Positions 1 to 10,797 of a stretch of 64,000 nucleotides of DNA are shown in pieces. Origin of the DNA: Camelus ferus (lineage: Eukaryota). The notes under the pieces are model-generated. The model was not told where the DNA came from. It saw nothing but the letters and a program-made list of their open reading frames with translations, and made no database searches. The translations under genes were made by a program, and so were the position numbers. The stretch lies in contig NC_045696.1 of assembly GCF_009834535.1 (NCBI RefSeq), positions 103,418,001 to 103,482,000 on the forward strand. Reading direction: 5' to 3'. Numbering within the stretch: the first letter of the stretch is position 1; each line of letters begins with the position of its first letter.

Positions 1-1243
1 TGGCCATGAGAAAATGCTTTTGCTTGTGGCCACAGGGGGATATTGTGAATGACTGTTGAGGGTGTCGTTGGTGGCAGTCAGCATGGCCACTGGCCACACT
101 GCTGACCAGGGAGGATGTCCACAGAGCCCATGGAGTTGTTTGCTTCAGCGCCCAGCTGCCTGCTGAGCTGGGCTCTGCTGAGGTCACAGAGCATCAGAGA
201 GAAGCCAGCCTCAAACAAGAGCGTCGTCTTGGTAAGACAGCTCATCTGACAACCCACTTGCCTTTTTCGGTTCCTACTCCCAGAAGCTACTTTTGGCCCA
301 TACCTTTGGACGGACGAACTGCTTCTGTAGTCCCAGGCTGCTTCCATCTCTGTCTTCCCTGTGAGCGCTGGCTCTTGCTGCTGCTTACGCCCGAAGACAC
401 CTCCAAGCTTCCCTGCACTCCTGCCCGGGAAGAGGGCCCCGTGTGTTCTCCCTGGGGACACCTGCCAAGGGCCCGGGGCCGCCGCTCACTGCCAGCTCAG
501 CTTTCTTCCTGAGAGGCCTTTCCAGCTTCTTGCTGAAACTTGCTTTCGGGAAATTGCAGAGTATAAGATGCTCTGTGGTAAAGGCAGGCCTGCTTGTATC
601 AGGGTGGGTGAGACCAGTCCCCATTAATGCAAAACACACTTTGTCATAACCTCTTTCACTTCCATGCAAACCACTTCCTGGTATTCTTGCCACTGGGGCA
701 CAGCGCCCGCGCCACCTCCTTCCTTCTTGCCGGTCTCCTGCCTTGCTCAAGGGCCTCGGGGACTATGCTGCCTGCCACACTGAGGTCAGATTTGTCCTCA
801 TGCCTGAGCACTTGGCTGTGGCCCCCCAAAAGCTAGAACTCAATTAGAAATCCTGAGAAGAGAGAGCACTAAAGCCCCAAAATGATGGCCCTGCAAGGTA
901 CCATCTCCACAGGAATTATTTTCAGGTCCCTTTTTTGCTAGTAAAGACTTGATTTTTGAGCCTCCAGTTAACAAAGGTGTGTATTATAGGATCTTCCATC
1001 TGAATACAACAAAAAGTGCTTTTTGCAGATGGTGTTTTTAGAAGGTCCAGGAGCTGTGTGGTGGGTCCGTGCCATGCAGACCAGGCCATTTTGTCACTGG
1101 AACTGTGCTGGGCTCCTCTGCGTGGAGGGCTTCCCGCATCCTGCAATCACCTAAAAGATGAACCTTCGTCTCCAGAAGTTTTATCAAAAATTAGTTTATA
1201 AATCACTATTAACAATTAAAGATGGGAACAAGAATGATAGGTT

Positions 1244-1249
1244 TTTATT
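1244..1249 (-). terminator. Polyadenylation signal AATAAA of the putative gene
   Basis: tttatt on + strand in a short AT-rich patch, followed on the minus strand by CA and a U/GU-rich tract (ttcttgttcccatctttaattgtt). Confidence 0.5.
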
Positions 1250-1432
1250 TCAAAAAAATACTTGCGGAAGTTATTTTTAAGAACAAAAACCAGAAGAGTG
1301 GACACTGTCACATGTCAGATTAAAGGCACGTAAGATATCGACCATCAAACTGCAGGTCATGGGGGGTTAGCGTCCCCCACGTCCTCCCACCTGGGGCAGG
1401 CAGCGGGCGGGTGGTCAGGGCGTGGTGCTGAC

Positions 1433-1694
1433 TCAGCCCCGGGCAGCAGGGCACAGCAGGCAGGCAGGCAGCTTCAAAGTCCCGGGCTCTGGCCTCCTCA
1501 CCTGGATTCCTGGATGGAGCGCTTTGGCGGGGGAGGAGTCTGTCTTCAAAGACAGACAGCGCCTGTGAACGGACAGCACCTGCTCCAGGGCTTCCAGAGC
1601 CGGGTTCTCCAAAGACATTTCTAAAACCTCTTGGTTAAGGATCGGTATCAGCGCAGCTGGTACCTCTCTGTTGGGCCTGCGCCAGGAAACTTGC
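1433..1694 (-). CDS. Putative uncharacterised gene, terminal coding exon (W|QVSWRRPNREVPAALIPILNQEVLEMSLENPALEALEQVLSVHRRCLSLKTD...AARG*)
   Basis: Acceptor ttaac...gtgtag|G (phase 2); 86 open codons to TGA; AATAAA about 185 nt downstream. Confidence 0.55.
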
Positions 1695-2147
1695 CTACAC
1701 ATGGATCGTGTGGGTTAAAGACAGGCCTGGCCAAGGAAATGCGCAGGCGGAGTTCCCCACCCCTTCCCTTGTCCTACCCACCCTGAACCCCTTTGAAAGG
1801 CTTCTCAGAGCCTGGAGGGCAAAAGCTTGAGCAAGCGGCAAGGCCAGGGTTAGGCCTGGGAGGTCGGTGCCTGCTAGGGCAGGCTGGGACCACTCCCAGT
1901 CATCATGACAAATGAGACAAAGAGCAGATGGGAGAAAAAAGTTTGGGGAGGAATACCATGAGCAGAACAAGCACAGAAATGAAAAACACCCACACATCAT
2001 TAGCTCTGTGGGCCTTGGAGGCGCTGCTTCTGGCACCAGGTGCCGAGGGAGCATCGGGCTGCAGCTGGAGAGCAGGCGCGCAGCCTCCCGCCTGGTGCTG
2101 GTGTGGTCTGTCTGGGCTTGTGTTTGTAACAAACACTTAACAAATAC

Positions 2148-2206
2148 CAACTGCTGCGCTGGGAGTCCCTGCACGAGTGAAAGTCCTGCTGGGGACAGTT
2201 AACGAC
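2148..2206 (-). CDS. Putative uncharacterised gene, internal exon (VVNCPQQDFHSCRDSQRSS-W)
   Basis: Acceptor tggcttgtctcgtcag|GTC (phase 0), donor TTG|GTATTT (phase 2, weak); 59 nt. Confidence 0.45.
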
Positions 2207-2433
2207 CTGACGAGACAAGCCAGTAACACAATCTACTCCTTTGATGATGCTGGATGAGCTGCCATTTGAGAAATTTTAGTTGCCATTTCTTTACGGACAC
2301 ACACACACACAGTCCAGATCCCATAAAAGAATTCCCATGCATAATCCTACAACAAGATTCCAATTTTTCTGTAGGCTTTTGTCATGTTCAACAAGCAGTA
2401 TTAGAGCGCACTGTGCAGCTGCCAGTCTGTTAC

Positions 2434-2462
2434 CTTTCTCAGCAAGTGTTTAAGTGGTGACG
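2434..2462 (-). CDS. Putative uncharacterised gene, 29-nt microexon (A-SPLKHLLRK)
   Basis: Acceptor ccctactttccctgctgacag|CG (phase 1), donor AAG|GTAACA (phase 0); the only open frame is the one the chain requires. Confidence 0.45.
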
Positions 2463-2529
2463 CTGTCAGCAGGGAAAGTAGGGAGTGTACTTTGCACACC
2501 TTGATTTGTCTTCCTCCCCCGGACAAGAT

Positions 2530-2554
2530 TGTGTGTGTGTGTGTGTGTGTGTGT
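2530..2554. repeat. (TG)12 microsatellite
   Basis: Directly visible. Confidence 0.95.
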
Positions 2555-2953
2555 CGCACATGCCTAGAGGCACAGACACTGTGGGTGGCTGGGGATATCT
2601 GGGACCGCCATGGCTGGGACACTCACTCACATGGACAAGGAGGGAGGGAGGGAGGTCACTGCAGCGCAGGGCCGGCGCCCACCCCACTCAGGAATCCTCA
2701 AGCTTCACTGTGAGTGTGAGGGGACCCAGTGAAAACCTGTTTCTCAGAAATCAGAAATTCTCTGAAAGTAACCTACAATCAGGAACTTGTTATATATGGA
2801 CTTTCATCTTTGTAAATTCAGGGCCTGGTACAGTAGCTGGCACGGAATGACTGGTTCTCAGCTTTACTGAATGAATAAATGAATGAATGAGTAAGTGCAT
2901 TACTCAGTCTTTATGTTGACCTTTTTGTTTGAATAAACAAATGTCGCTCTCAC

Positions 2954-3014
2954 CTTCAGCATGGATGGTCTGGCCAAAGCCTGGGTCGGCTGGAAAGCCT
3001 GGCCCTTCATCACC
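2954..3014 (-). CDS. Putative uncharacterised gene, internal exon (GDEGPGFPADPGFGQTIHAE)
   Basis: Long polypyrimidine tract, then catag|GGT (phase 0); strong donor AAG|GTGAGA (phase 1); 61 nt. Confidence 0.5.
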
Positions 3015-3521
3015 CTATGTTGTGCTGGATTGAGTCAAGAGAGGCAAGGGAGATGGAGAAAAGAGAGAGACACCTGTCTGGCTTAGGAAGTGACTCGGGG
3101 TAGAAATCAGCTGATGCAAGGAGAACAACATGGCCTCCTGGGTAGGAAGCCTAGGGGCCCAGACCTCAGTCACCACGTCCGGGCAAGCCCTCCTAGTACC
3201 CACCTGACTGCGTCTCCAACCAGCCCCGGCCCTGCAGCCGCACCCCTTCTCTCCCCATTAGGAAGGTTGGGGGTTCACTGTCTATGAGCCAGGAAGAGAC
3301 CACGGAGAGATGAAGGCTACACATCTTTGATAACTAAGTACCAAATCAGTATGGTCCGTGTTTCAAATTCAGAAACAGCGGCTTCATCCCGCACCCCACC
3401 CCAAGGCGAGGACCAGCTAGTTCTGTCTTCCCACTGCTGCCACTGACACACATGCTCTAATCCGCAGCCACTGATTTTTCCATTCTTGAGTGTGGGCAGC
3501 TGTTAACAAGAGAACACTTGC

Positions 3522-3656
3522 CCAGAGAAGCCAGCAAGCATGGGAGGGATTGAGCTTTTTATGCAAAGACAGATGAGTAGGCACTACATCAAGAAGTCCA
3601 TGACACCTCCAGCTGCTTTCATGGGAATTTATCAGTAGCATCTCCCCAGGGGGAGC
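3522..3656 (-). CDS. Putative uncharacterised gene, internal exon (APPGEMLLINSHESSWRCHGLLDVVPTHLSLHKKLNPSHACWLLW)
   Basis: Strong acceptor ctcaccttctctgttgctcag|GCT (phase 0); GC-type donor TGG|GCAAGT (phase 0); 135 nt; lies in ORF 3417..3695. Confidence 0.55.
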
Positions 3657-5302
3657 CTGAGCAACAGAGAAGGTGAGTGACCATCCCAAGGTCATGAAGA
3701 AACCAGATCACTTGCAAAGAGAGAGTTCCAGCCAGAGAGCACCCACCACCCAACCTCTGTATCCAGGGAAGGAAAGGATTAAATGCCAGAGGGACCAACA
3801 CGAGGCTCAGGCCACTGGTCCAGGCCTGAGTTCTGAAGGGCATGTCAAACACTCCCCCCAACCTTACATTCAAAGACAGTCATGTTTGAAATGCCTGGTT
3901 TAAAAGGTGAACCCAGCCCAAGAACATGCACTTGGAAGGCCACTGAAGAAGGCCTCCCGGGCCAGGCTCAAGCCCGTTTTCCTATCCTCTGCACTCACAG
4001 ATGTCTTCACAGGCCAGGGAGGCACCTCTCTTAGGGCAGAACTTTTAGTCATTTGTATGTTGACTAGTGACCAGTGACTAGTATTTGACAGGGCAAGATG
4101 CTTCTCTGCTACCCCAGGGAACTGCTACAAACCCTGTGAGTCTCCCAGGCTGAAAATGAAAAGCGGGTGCACTGGCTCCAGACAGATGCCCACGGTGGTG
4201 AGTGTAGGGATGAACCCAGGCCAGGGACTCCTGGAGCCAGGGCAGATGCACAGGAGGGGAGAGAGGAATCACTTGTTCCTAAATGATGAGTCTTCTGAAA
4301 CAGTAGTAATAGGTAGCTAAGACAGCTCGCACTAATTGCCAGGCACTATTCAAAGCACTTAGCCGTACTTTACACACAAAAACTGAAAAACAGAGAGGTT
4401 ATTATTGTCCAAGATCACACAGCTCGAGCAAGGGGCACAGAAAGGACAGAAGGCAAGCAGCCTAACTCCAAGTTGTGCTCTTAAGGATAAATCAGAATCG
4501 CCCCGGTCCCCTCCTGGGAGTCTTTTCAAATCTGGTAAGTGTAAGGCTTAGTTTTTCACAAAGAAATCCAGGTCAAACAGGCTGTCTGTCATTTGGCACA
4601 GTTAGTTGTGGGAAGCCAGGGGAAGGTGAGTTTGGGGTCCAGTTTTGAGGTCTGTGCAATTTTAGTTGGGATAGTTGCACAGCAAAGAAAGACTAAGGCC
4701 TAGACAGAGCCCTTTCCTCCTCCCCCAGTCTCTCCCAGGGAGGGCCATGTCTTTTCGAAAATGGGGTCCCCAATAGGCAGTGTCTGAAGGTGGCACGACT
4801 GTGCCCACCAGTCTCCTGTGTTGGCCTCCCTGCCCACCTCTCGACCCTATGGGTTTCCTTCTCAGACAAGCTCTCCCAGGTTGGTGATAGCATGGGTCCC
4901 CCACAGCTGTGGGATTACTCGCTGCCCTCCGGTCCTCTAGCCCAGGGGTCAGTGCTTCTCCTGGCCTGGGGTTCACTCTCTGTGGACCGGCCTGGTCCAA
5001 CCCGTGTGGCTGGGAAGGGCACGCAGATGAGCTTGGTCTGGGAAACAGGTCTGTGTGGCACCCCACCGGGACCGCGTGGACTGAGGTGTGGAACTCCAGG
5101 GGCGGTGGGTGACCAGGCCTGGCAGGAGTGAGTCAGGGCAGGCAGAGACCACGAACACCCCCACTCACACAGGGCAGCCTTGCTGGAGAAGACCCACTTA
5201 AAAGCAAAAGCATTTGCATCCCAGCAGCAGCACTGTTTTCAGGTACTGCTCTGAAGTTAAACACAGTGGTGGCAGATCAGGTGCTGATAAAAATACACAT
5301 AC

Positions 5303-5378
5303 TTTTCCATAGCGCACTGCAATGCTGGAATTCATGGGCCAGCAGGTCTGGAGCACCTGAATTTCTAGTGTGGCTCCA
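5303..5378 (-). CDS. Putative uncharacterised gene, internal exon (S-GATLEIQVLQTCWPMNSSIAVRYGK)
   Basis: Acceptor ctctgactttttag|T (phase 2), donor AAA|GTATGT (phase 0); 76 nt. Confidence 0.55.
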
Positions 5379-6819
5379 CTAAAAAGTCAGAGGGTCCTAG
5401 GCTGGACTAGTCTCCATCCTTACAGAACGACAGCCTCACCTCTGCACTCCCTGCGTCACAGGCATTTCAGGGTAAACTATGAATTCCTGTGCAGAAATGT
5501 TGACTTCTGAGCAAAATCCCTCAGGAACAGGGGCAAAGTGAATACGGCCAGAAGTCAGCCTGGTAAATGACGAGTGCAGGGACAGCTGGATGTCACAGGT
5601 GGCACTAGGTCAGAGGGGAGGAGACCAAAGGCCCAGGCTTCTGGGCTCTAGGCCCTGACAATCACAGCTTAGAAAAAAATACACACTGCACAGACTTGCT
5701 AATCCGGCATCACAAAACAGCACAAATGATCAGGTCTAGATAGAACAGAGAAGGGCCGCTGCCTGGACAGGCCTGCGAACACAGCAGGCAGGCACAGAGG
5801 CAGTGGACAGAGGCACCCTCCTGGCAGGTGGGGGACAGTCGTGTGCTGCCTCAGAGGACCACTCATTTCAGAGTGATTATGAGACACACAAAAGATGGCG
5901 CTTTAGTACGTGGAGAGAAGTGAAAACGGTACCAAGCCAACCTCTAGAAGATCGGACTGGGTGTGCCTGCACCCGGCCCAGAGGACAGGCTGTGCCCAGC
6001 TCCCGTGCGGCCCGGGCCACCCCTAATCACAAGGCTCATCATGGAAACCCATTCAGACTGTAAGAATGGGAAATGGGCCGGGGGCTGCTGTGTGCACCTG
6101 CAGTTTGAACACAGGAGAAAATCACTAGCTGGGGTTCTTCTAGTAAAGCTGTCACAGAGGCTGGGCTCCCCGGATGTGGCTGATGCTTCGGGTCTGTTAG
6201 GGAACCGCTTTACTTAAAATGCCTCATTAACAAACTTCCTCAGATGGATTTTGGGACAGAGCTGCTTCTCTGAGGGATCCAGATGACAGTCAAAGTACCA
6301 CTGGTGAGGTTTTCAAGGAGCCCTTGCACTACTTTTAAACCCTAATACGTTTCTTAGACTTGCAACACAACTATCAGCATCACAATGTTCTTTTCCAACT
6401 AATAGGGATTTTTAAAATTCTGCATGCTACACAGGCTAACCCTCTTGTCCACTGGAGCTATCTGTTAAGGATCTGACAGAATCTTCTACAATCCTTTGTC
6501 TCAGAGGCAAGGGTCCTGAGGACTGTGTGTGCAGACACGGTACTGCCAGCTTTCTGAGCGGCTTCAGAGTTAAAGCCATTGGAAGTCAGTTTCAACATGT
6601 CTCCTCAGAAAGAGGCTCCCCAGACCTGCTGAGCGCGGGCGGCCGAGGGAAGCACAGCATGCGGACCCACCCACCCTGGCCTCGGCACTGGCGGCCAGAG
6701 GCCATCACCTCCTGGAAGAGCAGAGGGGACACCACCACGCACAGAGCCCATGAGAAGCACTTTCGGCCTTCCTGTAGTTGCCCGTCTACTGTCGGTGCCA
6801 CGGGGCAGGGGTCGTTTTC

Positions 6820-6902
6820 ACTCCCCAGTGTGTCCCAAGGTCCTAGCACACAGTGCCTGGCACACACTGGGCGCTCAATAAATATTTTTTAACGAATGAA
6901 TC
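6820..6902 (+). mobile_element. L2 3' tail
   Basis: cctagcacacagtgcctggcacacactgggcgctcaataaatattt...gaatgaat; a similar tail lies at about 2800-2890. Confidence 0.75.
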
Positions 6903-6970
6903 CATTCATTCCCATTAACTGCCAGCAACTTTACAGAGTTGTCTTTGTTGATGAGGTGGGTTCCCTTTAC

Positions 6971-7010
6971 CTCCAAGCTGGTGGCCTCCAGAAGCTGACC
7001 TTCTGTTCAG
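6971..7010 (-). CDS. Putative uncharacterised gene, internal exon (A-EQKVSFWRPPAW-S)
   Basis: Acceptor ccccctttctctcag|CT (phase 1), donor GAG|GTAAAG (phase 2); 40 nt. Confidence 0.45.
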
Positions 7011-7634
7011 CTGAGAGAAAGGGGGTGCTGGCAAGGAGTGCGCTAACTGAATCGGTGGTCACCTCCGTCAGCTTCTTCACCTGCCACACCTCATCAGTCC
7101 CTCCTCCCTGGCCCTCACCTTCATCCCAGGCACCACTGACCACCCTCCACCCTGCCATACAGTCCCTCAACACATCTCAATTCCCTTCCCCACCAGGAGA
7201 GCCCTTATTTGAGGACACACATAATTCTGCAGAAAGTCCACCCTTTTCACACCATCCCCAGCCATTCTCAGCCACCCAGAGGGAAGGATCACAAGGAACG
7301 AGGCTAATGCCAAAAAAAATTCAGCACCCACCCTGCCACTTCATGGCAGCCCTCACTGCCCTTGGGCTCTAGCATTAGAGATTGGAGGCTCTGACCTGCA
7401 GGACAGAAGGGGCACCGGAAGCGTGTGTGGCAGCAGAGTTCTCAGGGAGCTTGGTACCATCCCAAGTTCACCTGAGCCAGCAGCCCTGCCTCCTGGCTTT
7501 CCCAGGGTCTTTTGCCACCAGCAGGACTGTGTACTCTGCCAATTCCAGACAGACTCCTATCTGAGTGGATAGAGTGGCCTCGTCTTCAAGCAAATCCAAA
7601 ACTAATGCTAGCCTGTCACTAGCTGGTTGGTTAC

Positions 7635-7716
7635 CAGTCAAATCCAATTCATCCTTCAGGCCCTTCTGAGTCATCCCCAGGCCACACAAGTAATCTAAGT
7701 GTGGGTTAGGAGACAT
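7635..7716 (-). CDS. Putative uncharacterised gene, candidate 5' coding exon (MSPNPHLDYLCGLGMTQKGLKDELDLT); alternative donor at 7472, alternative internal acceptor at 7694
   Basis: AGA-ATG start at 7716. Donor CTG|GTAACC (phase 1) fits the 7010 exon; alternatively CAG|GTGAAC at 7472 (phase 2) fits the 5378 exon directly. Confidence 0.4.
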
Positions 7717-10189
7717 TCTCTTATCAATCTAGGCGATGTTTTTCAACCAGCCCTTGCCATCTTGACTCCCTAGTGAATTCTGATTGTTTCTAAAAAGCAA
7801 GTCCATCCTCGATGGACAAATCCTGCCACTTCTAACAGTGGTCAAATACTGCCCCACGCTCCTGTAAGCAAATCCAAAAACCATTCCTGAAAAGTTCTCA
7901 AGGGACTTACTCGAAGGACAAGTCTCGGATGTGAAGAAATCTGTTTGTTTGCAAAGCACTGACCGATCTCTGTGACCTCAAGCGTGAAGGAAGCCCTCCT
8001 GGGAACAGGTTCCCTCTGCGGCACCAGCTACCCCGTGGGCTGGCCTTAGGAGGCACACACAAAGACTCACTGCTCAAAACACAGCCCTTCCGTGCGGGAA
8101 CTGATGGAGCTACAAAACTCTGCTCAGCCTTCTTTAAACTCCAACCTGACAACTTTATTAAAGCAAGAAAAAACTCCACGTGGACTGGGTACTTCAAATT
8201 CACATATCTGTGACCCCCGCCTTCCATACAAACCCGCTGCACAAGGCTGTAGGCGGCCAGGAGACTTTCAGCTCCTTTCCTACCCCGCCCCTCTCTGAGC
8301 GATAAACAATCCTCCAACATAGCAGCAAAACCGTAGTTACACACTGTTTCCAGACACCAGGAAGGAAACACTGGCAGGAAAATCTGCCAGCCCAAAGGGA
8401 GGGGGAGCCCTTGGAAACTCTCCTACAAGTTGGCTCTGAAGGCTCAGCCCCCGGCCGAAGGCTTCTCAGCAGTCAGATGCACATCAGGATTTCACACCGA
8501 TTCCTCTCCCTCTCCTTCCACCATGACTGACCTCGAGTTCCACCTGAACGTCCCCTCTTTTGGCAGACTCCACACACAACCTGGGAAGTCCTCCTCACGG
8601 GTGGTCCTATTACATTTGGATTTTGCAAAGAGGGCAGACCAGCCTCCCGTATCTCATCACTGCACGCACGGGGGGTTTCCACTAAGAAAGGACAACAGGG
8701 CTTATGCTACAGGACAAACGACACACATTCGAGGTAGAGTATCTTGTACAAAAAACCCTACTAAGAGACCCTCTGACAGTCTAAGGCTGAGGGCCTGTGT
8801 GTCCAAAGTGGGACAGACTGAACTCCACAGTAATTTGTTCCCTCCCATCCACAGAAGTGATCAAAATGAGAGTTCATTTGTATTAAAAACAGAAAAAAAA
8901 GCTTGGAGATATAAGCCATAATTTTCTTGGAGCTAGAAATAGAACATACCTGCTGAATTTTAAATATCAGCAAAAGTCAACCAACAGTTGAATCTTTTCC
9001 ATCCGGTAGTCCAACTAGTGCCAGACTCGACCGCTGAGGGCACGTGGCTGGTTGTCTTGAGTCCTCTGTCCCTTGCTATTTGAATTGTGGTCTGTGACCA
9101 AGCAGCCAGGCATCGCTTACGTGGTTGCTGAGTGTACAGAATCTCTCCTATGGAATCAGAATCTATGTGTTAACAAGATGCCCAGAGAAGTTCTGAGGAA
9201 AACTTGAAATGTAGCAGAAACACAGACCCAAAGAACGTCCAGGGCCCCCTTCATTCCTAGTCAGCCTCTTCACGGGGCCCCACACAGATCCCACCCCTCC
9301 CCAGTCTCCAGCAACCTCTGGAATAACCCGGCCTCCCCGCCTTCTCGGCCCCTTGCACGCACCTGCATCCTGTCGACAAATCCATCTCAGAGCTGCTCCC
9401 TCCTAGTTTAAGATCTTCAAGAGACCATGGCTTTTTCTCTCTTCACCCTCAGAGTCTGGCATCTCATTACCTGGCCCACAGCAGGTTTGTGATAAAGTTG
9501 CTAAACTCCCCTAATTTCAGTACAAAACAGAGTCGGGAAGAGTTGGGTAGGTGAGCTCCAGTCACGGCTGTCAGGGGCTGAGCCACACGCAATCTTCAGA
9601 ACCAAGGAGGCACAGATGTGTATCTCTTTTAAATTTCCCTCCAAAACCCACTCACCCATCGTGGATCTCTCAATTCTTGTTACATGTCCTGAGAACTAGT
9701 TTGCTTTTACCTAAGCTTATTAAAACAGAAATTCCATCCACACTACACTTCAAAAGATACAAAAACACAAATTTAACCAGATATTCAATAAGCTGACAGC
9801 TACTGAGGACCTGGTTACACTGGGCCAACTGAAGTGCTGTCCTAGTTGCAGCCCATGACCCCACTTGAGCAGCAGGGACAGGGGAGAGAAAAAAATCAAG
9901 GAAAAGGTCTGCTTTAACAACTCCAAGAATCATTCTTTTCACTTGCAAAGGAGACTGCTAAAATGAAAATCTGTTATCACCAAGATCTTAGTGACAGAGC
10001 AGTAAGCAGGTCTGCAAAGGGGGCTGAGTGCCCACTACCAGAGTGTGGGGGCTGCCCTGGGCCACGGAGGCCCTTCTGGTCAGCCAAGGCCACCGGAGCA
10101 TGCGTGTTTTCTCCAGACAGCCATTCCCAAGACAGCTGGGTCGGGTCCCCCTTGTCCTGGCTCGCAATAATACAAAGAAAACCTCAAGA

Positions 10190-10219
10190 ATATATATATA
10201 TATATATTTTTTTTTTTTT
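10190..10219. repeat. (TA)8 followed by a poly-T run
   Basis: Directly visible. Confidence 0.9.
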
Positions 10220-10450
10220 AAGGAGAAAAGTAACAATAAAAAATAGACTTTAAAAAAACCAGAGATCACATGGGATACACACCCTTCTCAACAAAGAAAG
10301 TAGCTCACGTTGTGAAAAGAACCATGCCAAACACCTTAGACTGAAGGAGGATGTATGTCACGACACTAATCAAAGAATACTGAAGTAAAACTACAGTTTG
10401 GTTTGATGTTTTGAATGAGTTCAAAGGTTTTATATTTCTTAATTTGTATT

Positions 10451-10456
10451 TTTATT
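10451..10456 (-). terminator. ATP1B3 distal polyadenylation signal AATAAA
   Basis: tttatt on + strand about 830 nt past the stop codon, at the end of the AU-rich 3'UTR. Confidence 0.65.
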
Positions 10457-10791
10457 AGGATCCACAGTCTGCTAAATAAAAGCAGTAATAAGAAATTTCA
10501 CAAACTATTATACAATTTAAATCTTAAGAATTTCATTTCATAAAAAATCAGGTGCATATTCCTACTGGCTAACCTAAAAATGTTGTTTTTAATCTATAGT
10601 CTAATATACTTTAATCTTAATACTTTAAAATATTTAGTCCCAGCACTAAAAATAATCCCATTTTTTTTCTGTTTTGTTTTTACATGTTTTGCAAGAAAAA
10701 CGTTATACTCTTAGTCAAAAAGACCCACAGGCTGATTCAGTATGTAAAAAATAATTTTACAAAAAACCCAAGACAACCTTTCAAATCCATT

Positions 10792-10797
10792 TTTATT
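10792..10797 (-). terminator. ATP1B3 proximal polyadenylation signal AATAAA
   Basis: tttatt on + strand; GU-rich element (ttgtcttgggttttttgt) downstream on the minus strand. Confidence 0.65.

Noticed and set aside
110..237. Possible plus-strand exon (ccag|GGAGG…TTG|GTAAGA) with an open frame
   Set aside because: Isolated, weak acceptor, no partner exons and no recognisable product.
1..1200. TFDP2 3' end, expected on this side from human synteny
   Set aside because: No recognisable TFDP2 coding sequence, and I cannot identify its 3'UTR by eye.
2434..3600. Resemblance of LLDVVP and LKHLL…CPQQ in the candidate protein to Mab-21/cGAS-like nucleotidyltransferase motifs
   Set aside because: The spacing is too short and there is no GS…[DE]x[DE] catalytic motif; not supportable without a profile search.
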